NCBI GenBank assembly: GCA_044892505.1
Contig: CM097883.1
Location: 189,658,001-189,722,000, forward strand
DNA from: Schmidtea nova
Lineage: Eukaryota
Direction: 5' to 3'
DNA: 64,000 nucleotides
In this document: in pieces, positions 36,601 through 49,900 of the stretch
Layout of the letters: every line of letters starts with the position of its first letter
How positions within the stretch are numbered: position 1 is the first letter of the stretch
The notes under the pieces: model-generated
The model's input: only the letters and a program-made list of their open reading frames with translations
What the model was told of the DNA's origin: nothing
The model's database searches: none
Translations under genes and position numbers: made by a program

Positions 36601-39600
36601 TCACGTCCAATGTCTCGTAAAGCCTTTTCTAATTCATTTCCTATCCAAAAAGTTTTTATTTGAAATAAGTCGTTTTTATAACTATTATAAATAATCATAA
36701 TTATATACTTATCATAGAAATAAAAGTTTAAACCAATGCCAATTTCAAAATAAATTAAATTATTATTATAGCAGAAATACACTGCCAATTGATCCCGACC
36801 CCATTTGGCTTTTGGAAATAATACCAACCGGGAAAAAATACCAACTATAATAAATACCAAATATAAAAAATACTAACTATAAAAATACCATCTGGAAAAA
36901 ATACCAACTAGCATGGCTGGCTGAATTAGAGGGTTAGGGGTTAGGTTGGTATTTTTTACCAGTTGATATTTTTTCCCAGTAAGTATTTTTCCCAGATGGT
37001 ATTTTTCCTAGAATCAATATATGTTTAAACAATGTCAATTTCAAAATAAATAAAATTATTATTATAGCAGAAATACACTGTCAATTGATTCCGACTCCAT
37101 TTAGAATTGTGAGAAAAAATCATTGAGTATGATGAAATTGGTAAAAATATTGTCCTTTTCTATACCTAATTAACCCACACTAGTTTAAGATATACAAACT
37201 ATAACTTTCATGTGAACTTTTCTAATTCTTTCTAGTTTCGTTTTCTAGAATCAAATTTAGAGTAACCTACGTTTGAATTTAAGGCCAGGAGTGAGTAGAT
37301 TTCCGATCAAAGATTTATCAGTGATAAATTTTGTAAAATGAATATATTAACAAAATTGAAAAAAATGAAGAGAAATTCAATAGAAAAAACCACTTAACGT
37401 ACGTGCCTAATATCTGCTTACTGGCAATTTTGCACGTGCCCGAGTGAAACACAGGCGACCGTCATATTTACTCACCCCATTTAACTTGCTAGTCCCTGAC
37501 ACGAACGCGACCTAATATTCTTAGAACTAAATTTTCAGTTTAAAAAATTCAATTATTTTTTGACAAAAATTTCAAAATAACTATGTAATTTAAGTGGTTT
37601 AAAAATTTATTTCTGGTTGATATTAACAGTTAACATTTACTTAACAAAAACAGTTGGAAGTACAAAAACTTTATTTATGTACATTAATAAAAAATATTAA
37701 AGCTTTTGATGGAAAATATCAGTTAAATAATAATTTATTAAAATTACTAACCACTAGCCGAGTCTCCTCTTTTTAATCTCCATAAAATGAGAAGAGCATA
37801 GGCTGAATCTTCATCTGAAGAATTATTTCTAAGAGTGTCTAAATCCTCCAAATCAAATATTCCTAGGGCTGCAGCAAGTTTCTCCCAATCGCCTCCGATT
37901 TGTTCTGCAACTGCTCGCAAATCAAGCTCAGATTTTGCTACTTTGTCAGTACAAATAGCTAAATATCAAAACAATTTATTAATACTAAATTATTGAAATT
38001 CATAAAATTTAGAGAAATCAATGAACATTACAATGAAAATAATAACTGAAAATTGAGGGGAAAGCTCGCATCGTAAATTGATTTACAAATCAACTTGATT
38101 TACACACGCAAAAAAACATCTATGCGATGTAAAATAGAAAATACAGATTATACTGCAAAACAATATCTACCGTATATACTCNNNNNNNNNNNNNNNNNNN
38201 NNNNNNNNNNNNNNNNNNNNNNNNNNNNNNNNNNNNNNNNNNNNNNNNNNNNNNNNNNNNNNNNNNNNNNNNNNNNNNNNNNNNNNNNNNNNNNNNNNNN
38301 NNNNNNNNNNNNTCGAAATAAATTAAATAAATCCCAAAATTTCATTTTTAATAGATCGGCTTATATGCGGGTCATCTATTTTGGATTTTTTTCAACCAAA
38401 TTTTGATGGTTTGGCTTATATGCGGTCCGGCTTATACGCGAGTATATACGGTACTTAAATTTAATTTTGAATATACTTTAACGGATAAGGATATTAGATT
38501 TCGGAAGAAATTTATGAGATAATAGACATAACAGATTTACAAAAAGTATTTTCGTATTTTTTCGACTGTCGGAAATGATTTACATAATTTTAAAACAATG
38601 ATTTATAAAAGTTTTATATTTCAATTGAAAAACAAACGAATAAATGCATAACAATACTTTTACATAAAAAGTAAATTTTTTCACCCTACATCTCTTTTTT
38701 CCATTTCAGAAATTTTAATTTTTTATAAAGATTATAGATAGATCAAAATTGTTTATATATTTCAATCGTTAAATACTATCTTAATAGTACCAATCTTAAA
38801 TGTTTATAATTTTACTTTATTTAAATTTTAACATGATTTCGAGTGATTTTTTGGGACTCGAATCATATTCTGGTATCTTAAAGTTAATTGCCATCGTAAT
38901 CTATCAATTTCCGTATCATAATTAATTTGATAAAACTGATAACATCGTGTTCATATTGCAAAACCAAGTCCGATAAAGGAAATCCGCGATTAATGAGATT
39001 ATTCATTTCATTATTTGGTTTATCCGATAAAAATCAAATGGTAATGTTCATTCAACTGATGAAAAGATTCGATAAGCATATCGTGAGAACCAATAGCATG
39101 GGAAAACGGTGGGGAATATAAAACAGTTACTCTCTTTTGTGTGGCTTTTCGAGTTATATAATTATCTGAATGCATTTTCTAGGCTTTTCCAGGCAACACT
39201 GTATTGGAAAGATTTTTCCATATTTCGGAAATGCTGGACTTTAATTCGAGATCATCACAAGCAGGATATACAAATTCCATTTCAAATCCTATTTTGTGAT
39301 GAAATGCAACAACAAACAAATTAGCAATTATATAATCCATTTTAATTAATTATAAAGAACTAAAAGAAATTAAACTTTCAACAATTTGCAAAACATATTT
39401 TTACACTATTTACAGTATCACCATCAACCTAACATTTCACGCAAAACTAATTTAGATTCATTTTAGTTTCATTACAATTTATTTTACAATCTACAATTTT
39501 ACATTTACAATTTTAATATTCCATTTTCAGAACATCGTGTGAGTTGAATATTGATGGACAGATTGTGTTTTTTGAAGAAAGAAGCTTTGGAAGCTAATCT

Positions 39601-42600
39601 TCTTAAGAAATTTCTGAACCCGTCTTATTAAAGATGGCAATTTTTCATCAATAGATACGACCGGCTTATTTACTTTATCCTAATATTTGTGATAATTGCT
39701 GGTTTTGTTTTTAATCTGTTTATTAAGTCGAGTCTGGTATGTTCCATGTGTTTCTTCTATGTAACTTGCATTAGTTTATAAACTATATCTTTGGAAAAGC
39801 AAAAGCATCTGGTAGTAGAACGACAAAGACAGTCATGTTTAAAAACATTTTGCATTGGGGACTTACGAAGTTCTAGTTTTAAAGGTACAGAAGTGATATA
39901 AGTAGGACGGATGTGAAGAGGCAAGTTTATGTTATTGATAATGTTTTTGATTTTATTAGATGTAGTGTTATTTAAAAAATGTAATCGAAAATATATTACG
40001 AGTTTGTCACTGTGTCTCACATCTATTGCAATAGTTTTCAATTAGAAAAAATATTTTAATTTCATTTCTACCATTAATTAATAATAATAAGTTTTATACA
40101 CAAAATAGTGTTTGCAAAATCGATTCGTATTAAAGAAGAGTTCTCATTCCACATATAATCTCACTCGCGCTGAATTACCCCGTTACAATTCGCAATCATT
40201 ACGTCAATTATTATCTAAGTTAACTATAAATTCAAAAATATTAAATGTTGTCAAAGAATCCTTTATTCCAAAAAATAAATCATATCAAATAAATAAAACT
40301 TTTATTAAATTTCTTGCCAATTGCTCTAATTATGTCAATATTTGGCTAAATTATTTTTAACAAGCGAGATTGATAATATTATTTTCATTTGAATCCCCTC
40401 GGTAATTAATTTTAATGGAATGGTAGGTTTTCAAATACTGTAAACATAGTAATAAAGAAATCTCAAATACAGAAAATTCCAATTTCAAGTCAGTATAGAC
40501 AGATACTCAAAAATTATAACTAATTACTTTGAAAAACAGACTTAGTGTGATTCGAGCCATCCTTCCTCCATCATTTATGTACATTTTCTTAATAGAAAAA
40601 TGACATTATACAAATTATAGCAGTGTGTGTACCAAATGGTAAAGTATTATAAAAAAAGCAAATTTAGCAGTTATGTAATAATCTATTTATACAGCTGCTC
40701 AAGGGATTATATATAATTTATTACATAATAGCATAGATGAATTTAAATAATAGAAATTCGTGAATTATGAAAATTGACTTTTTTATTAGAATATTTAATT
40801 TAAAAGAATTCCGTTAACAGGAGAAAACAAATTAAAATTCTAAATTAAGGAATTCAAAAATTTGTTTAACAATAAATGGAGCAGATAATGTTAAAATTGC
40901 AGGAATAGCTCGACAACAAGAATCGTATTGTGTTTCTACTTTGTGATTTGGATATGACCGCAAATTTGTCCGAGTTATTTTAACACCATATAAAGAGAAA
41001 AGAAGAAACATTTTAATAAAGAAAGGTATTCTGAACAATATTATATCTTCAGATCCGATAAAGCTTCGTTGCACTAAGATAAAATTACTTTCAATATTGT
41101 ACGATAATAGGTCAATATTTGATAGAAAAAACAAATTTAGAGCAAAAGTCAGGCCAGTGTTTATGGCAAAGTAATTATTGTCTAAGGCAGTGGTTCCTAA
41201 CCTTTATAATACTGCTACCCCTGTAACCTGTTAGGAAATCAAATTTTACCCCAATTTTAAAATGTTATAAAAACACTCAATGCAAGCGTATTCTAATGTT
41301 TATTAATTACAAAGTTGTCATTAACCAGCAGTTAGTCAGAAAACTGGATACATTGTGGCTACATAAAAACACAACAATATTACGATATTTTAACTATGAA
41401 TTAATAATAATAATCAGTGTGAGGGTTGAAATTGTTTTGCGTTTACAAGTTTTTTTATGTTAGGTTTAGTGTCACTTAAAGCACATCTCATGTCATGTTC
41501 CACATTGAGACGGTTTCTGGCCTTTGTTTTCAATGAAACTAAAGTTGAAAAACCACTCTCGCATCTGTAAGTGGTGTCAAAAGTTACTATCATTTTTAAA
41601 GCTCTGTTAGCTATAACTGTTACGGCCCTTTCAAACGCGGATTCATGACATCACAGAAATTTACAGCAGGAACCAATGCGATAAATATTGGGAATAAATA
41701 TCTCTGTTACCCCTGAAGAATAGCGTGTTTACCCCCCGTGGGGTAATTACCCCCAGGTTCGGAACCCCTGGTCTAAGGCAATATGAAGGATACTATAAAT
41801 CTGAAAATGAGTAATTGCGTGGGTGATACTGAAACAATTAGTAGTTATAAACATTTGAAAATTCAAGTTAAATAAAAAAGTTGTTTTATAGCTTGAAAAT
41901 GAAAGTAAATTAAAATATAAGACCATTTTAATTTAGTTCTAAAAAATAATAAATAATGCAAAATAATTTACTAGTTTTAATAAATTCTCCAGTTTTCATT
42001 TTTTTTCTTCTTAGAGTATCTGATACCGGATAAATTTCATTTGGCAAACAAATCTCAAGTGTTGTGATAGGCTTTTGAACTGCCGTGGTACCAAGTACGT
42101 TTCTAAACAGTAATTCATAACTAAATTTCAAACGAGAACAATAATTGAAAAAAAATTCAATATAATATATGATAAGAAATCTAGAACCGCAGACTAGTTG
42201 TTTTCCTATAGCAATTAATTGGATTATATCAACTGCAAATATTCCCAATTTGAAAATCGTAATGAATTTAGTGAATAAATAAAATTATTCTTTTGTAAAT
42301 ATTAAACATTTATATATTTCTAAAACACTTCAATGAATGTAGATCAACAGTTTCTCGAAAAAATTGGAAACTATGAAATACTTTAAAGACTTGACTAAAA
42401 TGAAAATTTGTGGAAAATAAAAATAACAAAAGCCACACGGTTAAAATCGCATTGGTAAAAGGTTAGAAACCCGAATAATTTAAAATTGTACCGAATTATG
42501 AATTAAATAAATTCTATTAAAATTATAAATAAATTGATGTCAAATTAAATTTTAATTGTTACACCCAAACCAACGATAATCCTTAAAAATTATCAAAAAA

Positions 42601-43835
42601 TAACTTTTTGTTAATATTATAAATAATTATTTTTCAGTTAAAAAGAATTATCAATTTTTAATAAATACAAATCAACGACAGTCTATCAAATGGAACTAAT
42701 ATATAATAAAAAATTTTGGTAATCCTAAAGGTTACTAGTTCAATAAACAGTGATATAATTAATGAACAAAGTAATATCCGTAATATATGGAAAAAAATTG
42801 TACTTTCAAAGAGAATTATTACATAACTTTCATTTTATTAATTTTACAAATTCTTTAAAAATTTATTTTCGATGAAAACAATAAACCATGAGAATAAATA
42901 TTATTAATTTCTATCAATATAACTTCAAATTATGTACTTCTTTAATTAAATTATAAGAAAATAACAACATAATATTTTATTTCGGCTGACAAATTTTCAT
43001 AGATAAATAATGAATAAAAATTTAAATCCATAATGTGAATTATTGTCATTGCTAGCAAAAATTAATCTATTTTGATTAGTCGGATTTATTAAGAATTATA
43101 TTATGACTATTCCTCATTAACCAATCGAAATCATTTTCGATTATCAATAAAAAGGACATCAAAATTTGTATGCTTTAAAATAACAATAATATATTAAAAG
43201 ATGAAATAATCTATTTTTTAATAAGTTTATCAAAAATAATTTCAATTTATTTAGAATTAACAACTTCCAGAATAATAATTAGAAAGAAACAGAAAGTTTA
43301 AAAGAAATCTCTGAAAAAATCATTGTCAATTTATATAATATAAATATTGAACAAAAACACGCCATAAAAGGTTTAAAATACACTAAACAGTTCTTACATC
43401 TCATAGATGTGGCAGAGTTAGAAAAACTATCACATCTGTTTCTAAAAAATGCAAATGAATTTTTCCAAACGACTCATCGTCACTATAATTATGACTAAAA
43501 TTCAAATTCCGTAAATTTAATCAAAAAAATAGTTGGAATAATCTTAAAAAATTGTTCCAGTCAATACAATATAATGACAGATACGGGAAAATATTGACAA
43601 TTACAAAATAGTACTTTTCAATGAATCCCGATTTTTGTTGGTTGTATATGACAACTTTCGATGAATGGGTTTATTTTACTACATCAATAATACTAAACTA
43701 TCGGTCCATAAAAATAAAGAAAACGAATTCATGATGCATATAATACACAAATTTAAAGAGTTTTGCCAACCAGCAGGCCTGGATTTACCCTTAGGCTGAT
43801 GCCTAGCGCCCCGACTAGTGGGTGCCCCAAATTTT

Positions 43836-43923
<88 letters not shown>

Positions 43924-46900
43924 AAATCCGAGTTAATGCCTTATTATTAATGGCTATAGAATCTGAACTTCTCCACGAAATGGATTTTAATTCCATTGTT
44001 GAAGATTTCGTTGAGAAAAAATCTAGAAGAAAATGTTTCTAAATTAATGTTTTTTTATTTATGAATTGTACTTCATGTTTATATCTTTTATATATGAATA
44101 AATTTAAAATTATTTTCGAAATTAAATTATTATTTTAACTATATAACAGCAGCAAACAAATTAACCCTTTTGTTAAAAAAACTATAAAAGGGCCCCATAG
44201 GATTTTTAGCCTTGGGCCCCCTCAATAGTAAATTCGGCTCTGATCACCATCCAACTGCTCTGAAAGTACAATTAGAATACGAATTTAAGAGGAAAATCCA
44301 AGAACTTACAAGAATTGAAGAAAATAGGTTATAGCTTCAGATTCGTGAGTTAGGAACTACTTTATTCAGTAAAAGTAAGCCACATTTAGAATTTCAGATT
44401 AATTCGACATATTTTAATAAATATCCTTTGAAAAATCGCAAGTAGGCACTGGGAGAGAAATCCGATCACAAGAGAAGAGGAAGTTAGCAATGCAAAGGAT
44501 AATTGTGTAAAGATTACTTTGAAGTTATGAAAGTGACCGAAAAAAAGTGTTTTTGAAAATTTTCTTTTTGAATTTTATTATAAAAAAAATTATTAGTTAT
44601 TAAGAACTTTTTAGGATATTGAGGAAAAGAGAAAAAAGGTCTATAAATAAAGAACACATTATATCCACGAAAATACCGACAAAAAATTGTGTTTGTTATT
44701 AAATATCTATTTATTAAATATTTATTTAGGCTTATAATAAAAAAAATAAAGTTTATTTTCAATTTAAGTTAAAATTTCATGTCAAAGTGTGAAAAAATTA
44801 ATTTATCAAAACGTTTTTCAACAAACACTTATAAACCATCGAGATCTCAATGACAATATACACAGAGAGTTGGATGCAGATGATTAATGAGTTATCACTA
44901 ATAAACTAAAAAAATAACAAATATTTAAAATTTTCCAATTTAAACCGCCAGATACTACTAATGAATAATTAATTAATTAGTAAGCATATAATTATAATTT
45001 CATCTCAACACAACGTTGTTTATGATAAGTAATTCCTATGAGACAAGTGACACACGAATTGTTGGATCACTTTCAATAAAAGCCTATTCTAAACTAAAGT
45101 ATCAACGCGGGAGTTTTAAAAGTTCAAAATTGATAAAAACAAAAAATCATTCGTGGTGTAAGATGTTTAAAATGATCCAATATTTTCAGTTGCTTTTCTC
45201 TTCATTTTCAAATGACAATGAATTATTAAATCAATATGTATATAATTGGAATTTATTGATCTATTGCCAACTGATATCATATACAACATACGGTGGGCAA
45301 ATTATGAGATTTTGAATTCGAAATTAATTATTTAACATGTTTCCCCAATTCTGGACAAGTATCTTCTATTCATAATTGCAAATAAGGTGTTCAGAAAGAA
45401 GTGAAGTATTTTTCTAATAACTAAATTTAATTAAATATTAACTTTATAGAGGGAAAAATCACATTTTTAAATAAATTATAATATATAATTATATAAAAAA
45501 CAAGATAAATGAACCAAACAGCACATACCCAGCACCCATTCCTTGATTTCTTTGATGAAGAAGAATGGCTAATTTTCCTTTAGGTTCTTGTTGAGTGTCT
45601 TTAACTCGAACCAAAAAGCTTATTCTATTTTCATTCAAAGCTTCGATTGTCATACTCAACTGATCTCCAGTTTTTGTAACAGGAACCAAGTTTCCTGCTG
45701 TTTCTATCCAGTGAGGGCGATTATGCAGAACCTGTGATAAAGACGCAAAATTATTCAAATGAACTAGTAGGCCTGTAAACTAATTAGCAATTGATGGAAA
45801 ATCAAATTAAAAAATTTTGAAACCTAATCGATTAACATAAATTTTGTTTATTCAACACAAATTTTCGGTAATTTTTTCGAAATTTTTGGAAATAACATTT
45901 GAAACTGACAGTAACAAAAATTTGGGTTGGGTCAAAAAAGAGGGGAAAATTTGATCTATTAATAAGGAAAATGAAATAAACGAAATTGTAAAAATATCAA
46001 AGGTGAAGAAGATTAAATATTTTGATGATAGTAATTTCATTCAATTTTACTTATAAAAATATTAATTTCTAATTTTTTCAATCAAAACTACTAAATTTAT
46101 GTCACAATAAACTAGACAAATATTTGCAATAGTATCGTATATACGATATAATAACATTATTTTTATTTATCATAAAATTGTTTATAGAAATCCAATACAT
46201 AAATTATCTTTTAATTCCTCATTGTTTGGAATAATTAAAATTTTCACAATTTTTTTTCATAATCTGTTAAAAATAAATGGATATAATTTACTGGCCAATG
46301 CCAGTGTATTTTTATTGCTAAAAAAAGGTTCTTCTATAACTACAGTGACAACAAACAAAGTCATAATCCTAACAATTCAACTGTTAAAATTTACAGAAAA
46401 ATTCTGTAAAATTGATTTAGAATAATAACGGTTGATAATTTATATAGTATAGCAAAAATCTCAAAATTTCCATAGATCTGGATTGATAACCAAAAATACA
46501 TGAAAAATATATCAAAAAATACACCACACTAAATACCAAACAATAAAGCTAAACATGAAGGTATGTCAATGAATTATGGAAATTATATGTCAACTACATT
46601 ATCTTTATTGGATAAAAAATTTATTTTAACTTTGGAGTTTTACTGAAAATCATTTGAAAATAAGTCACATACAATAGACTTTCTTTATTGATAATATATA
46701 CTTTTCCAAGGCGACAAACATAACCTTCTAGGTCCATTTCATGCATTTGACTTATTACAATAACTACAATTTGTTCATATTTGAATCTGATTTATGAAAT
46801 TAGAATATTAATACAGAAATCCTTTCCAACTAACCTTTGAAGTTAACTTCATATCTGTTTGTTAAAATTAATGTAAAATTATTAGAAATAAACTAGATAG

Positions 46901-49900
46901 GAATTAATAGATATTTAAACTAGTTGAAATTAAAATTTATTCGAGCTTACTTCGACAAGAGGCCCACTGGCAATGAGTTGGAAATTTTCTTGGCATTCAA
47001 GTGTTTTATCAACAGAATCATCAGTTAGTCCTAGAATTCGGAATTGCGCCTCTTCTTTATCATGTCTTCGGCCGTAGACAACAAATTGACCCATGTAAGG
47101 CACTACAGTAGATTCTCGGTAAACGTTGGTTGCCATTTCAGCAACTCCTTGAACATTTGGACAATCAATCAGCCATAATCTATTCATTTTATTATTTAAA
47201 GCTCAACATTTTTTTTAAAAACCTTGCTGAAACTGTAGTGGTGAAGGAAACACAGTCTTTATGAAATGACAATGGTGTTGATCCAGTGATATCTTCCCAC
47301 ACAGCGGGGGCACTGCCACCAGTAATGCTGCACAGCAATCTCAAACTCGAAGTGCCATTATTTGGATCATTTATCATTCCTTTATTTGCTGTTTTTGGCA
47401 ATGGAACAGTAAGAGTAATTGGCTTGTGAAATTTTCGTCTACGAGGTTCAATGCTGATAATAGGACTGCATGCAACACGATTTCCCAAAAGCCGAGCCAC
47501 TATTTCTGCCGGAATTTCATGAGCTTGAATGCCAACTCGAGTTTTCTTCAAAAGAGCTCCTTCAGGGAAAACTGCTTGTACTTGAGGTACTACAGAAGAA
47601 CTCATGACAACACCTTCGGGCCCGATTAGAGCGACTTCTTGTCGGATTCTTGATATCAATGCAAAATATTGTGGCAAATCGGACGTAAGAATTCTTTGAA
47701 TTCTATTTGTTCTCACTTCTTCATTAGTCATTAATTTGTCTACAAGATTTAAAAATTAATTATAATTGTCATTACCCACAGAAATNNNNNNNNNNNNNNN
47801 NNNNNNNNNNNNNNNNNNNNNNNNNNNNNNNNNNNNNNNNNNNNNNNNNNNNNNNNNNNNNNNNNNNNNNNNNNNNNNNNNNNNNNNNNNNNNNNNNNNN
47901 NNNNNNNNNNNNNNNNNNNNNTCCTTTTATGAGGTTTTTATATGATTTTATTCGTATTTTTTATTCCATTTGGTAGTTATGTGTTCTTTTTCCTTCTTTT
48001 ATATGCTATTTTGTGTTCGAATTCTCGTCGTATATTGTTTGTGTTTATTTTTTTCGATGGGATTCCTCGTTCTGGATAGTTTTTCTTCATTTCTTATAAA
48101 AAAGTATCCGCAAAGCTCATTATTATTTTGTATGATTTTGCTAAATATGGAAAGTATCCCTATTCATAAGTCAAAAGNNNNNNNNNNNNNNNNNNNNNNN
48201 NNNNNNNNNNNNNNNNNNNNNNNNNNNNNNNNNNNNNNNNNNNNNNNNNNNNNNNNNNNNNNNNNNNNNNNNNNNNNNNNNNNNNNNNNNNNNNNNNNNN
48301 NNNNNNNNNNNNNATAGAAATATATTTCAAGGACATAGTCCTCATCATCAGTCTGCCATCATAATCTAAATCAAATACTATATACGGAAACAGTAATGAC
48401 GTAATGGCTATGATTTAATGAGTTAATTAAATAATCTCAATAAATTCGTTGCTGATTGAATATTAATTGTATGGGATTGTGATTTAATCACCAACGCCTC
48501 ACATAAAATTTTTTCCCATTTATTATTAAAGTTTTTTAATATAATTTTAAAATCTTTTAAATCAGTTTCTCCTATACACATTTTTCTATGCTCAATAATA
48601 TTACTCACACCTTTCAATCGGCTATGTTCCTGAACCCGTGTGCGGAGATGACGGGAAGTCTCTCCAATGTATGTGGCATTGCACCCATTACAAGAAAACT
48701 TATACCCGTCATCTCCGTCAATAATCGTCAAGATAAATTCATCAAATTTCATAATAAATATTAAATTAATTTATCATAATATTATAAATTTCGGAAAGTA
48801 GACATCAAGTTCTTCAACTGTCGCCATAAAAGTTTGCTTTTCATCGATAAATGCTAAACTTAAAGATAACATAATCTATAGATGGATTCATTAATTATTT
48901 TAGATAAATATAAACAGAATTGAATAAGCAACATTCTAAAAAGCATTCTAAAATTATTCTATTAATTTTTTAAAATTCCTAAATACACAAATTGTCTGCG
49001 GAGAAAAAGAAAAAGCAAATATCTAAAAATAAATCTTACAGAGATGAATTAGATTTTAAAATAAATTAAAATATTGAATTGATTTTGTATAAAAATTTTG
49101 GAAGTTAAGAACCGGTTAAGAAAGTTTATATATTACTGCTGGTTAATATAATTGGCAAGCAACGGGTAAATCCACAAATCAATATAGAAGCTCCAATATT
49201 TACTGACGAAGCACACTCAACCGATCATTGTGAATACTAAACGGATCAAGCATTAATGCCAAGGCATTTATTTGAGAAATTAATCTATTTGTAAGTAAAA
49301 AATCAATTTTAAAATGCCTCTAAAAAGATTTTACCATAAACTTTGACAGATATTCAAATCGGAATGGTTGAAAATATTTATAGAAAATCAGAAGCAATTA
49401 TATTGCATTTGAAATAAGAAATTATCTTTTATATACGTGGTAAGGTAAGATTCCCATAGAAATAACAGTTAGAACAAAGTTCTTTTATATTTGAAATAAG
49501 ATACATATAAAGGTTACAGATCTATAGTTTGTTTTAATGTTTTAATATTTACTTTCAATTAAAAAATGTCAAAATATGTTTGATGCAGTGGAATTTAGAA
49601 GTGTAATTAGTTTTTTACCTTAAAAGGTAGAAAAGAAAGGAATTAATCAGCAGATAGAAAAAGCATATAATAGAGGAGAGGCTTCTTCTAAAGCAACAAT
49701 ATACAGGTTTGACCGGAAAGTTTCTGCAGTTAGAAAAATTAATTCTATTCAAGATCTATTCAAGATCTATGCATATCATATATTTCAAATTTTGTGGACA
49801 CAAAGAAGGATAATTTTTGATGTTATAAACGAAATTTAGTTTAAAAAATCTAAGAATATCAATATCATTTTAATGAAACTGTTTAATTTGTTTATATTGT

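Noticed and set aside
43940-44020. Candidate exon between UPA and death domain ([13 protein letters not shown]..)
   Set aside because: Acceptor phase does not match the preceding exon and there is no canonical donor.
43679-44042. Poly-Asn and poly-Leu ORFs on opposite strands
   Set aside because: Both are translations of the (ATT)n microsatellite inside a MITE.
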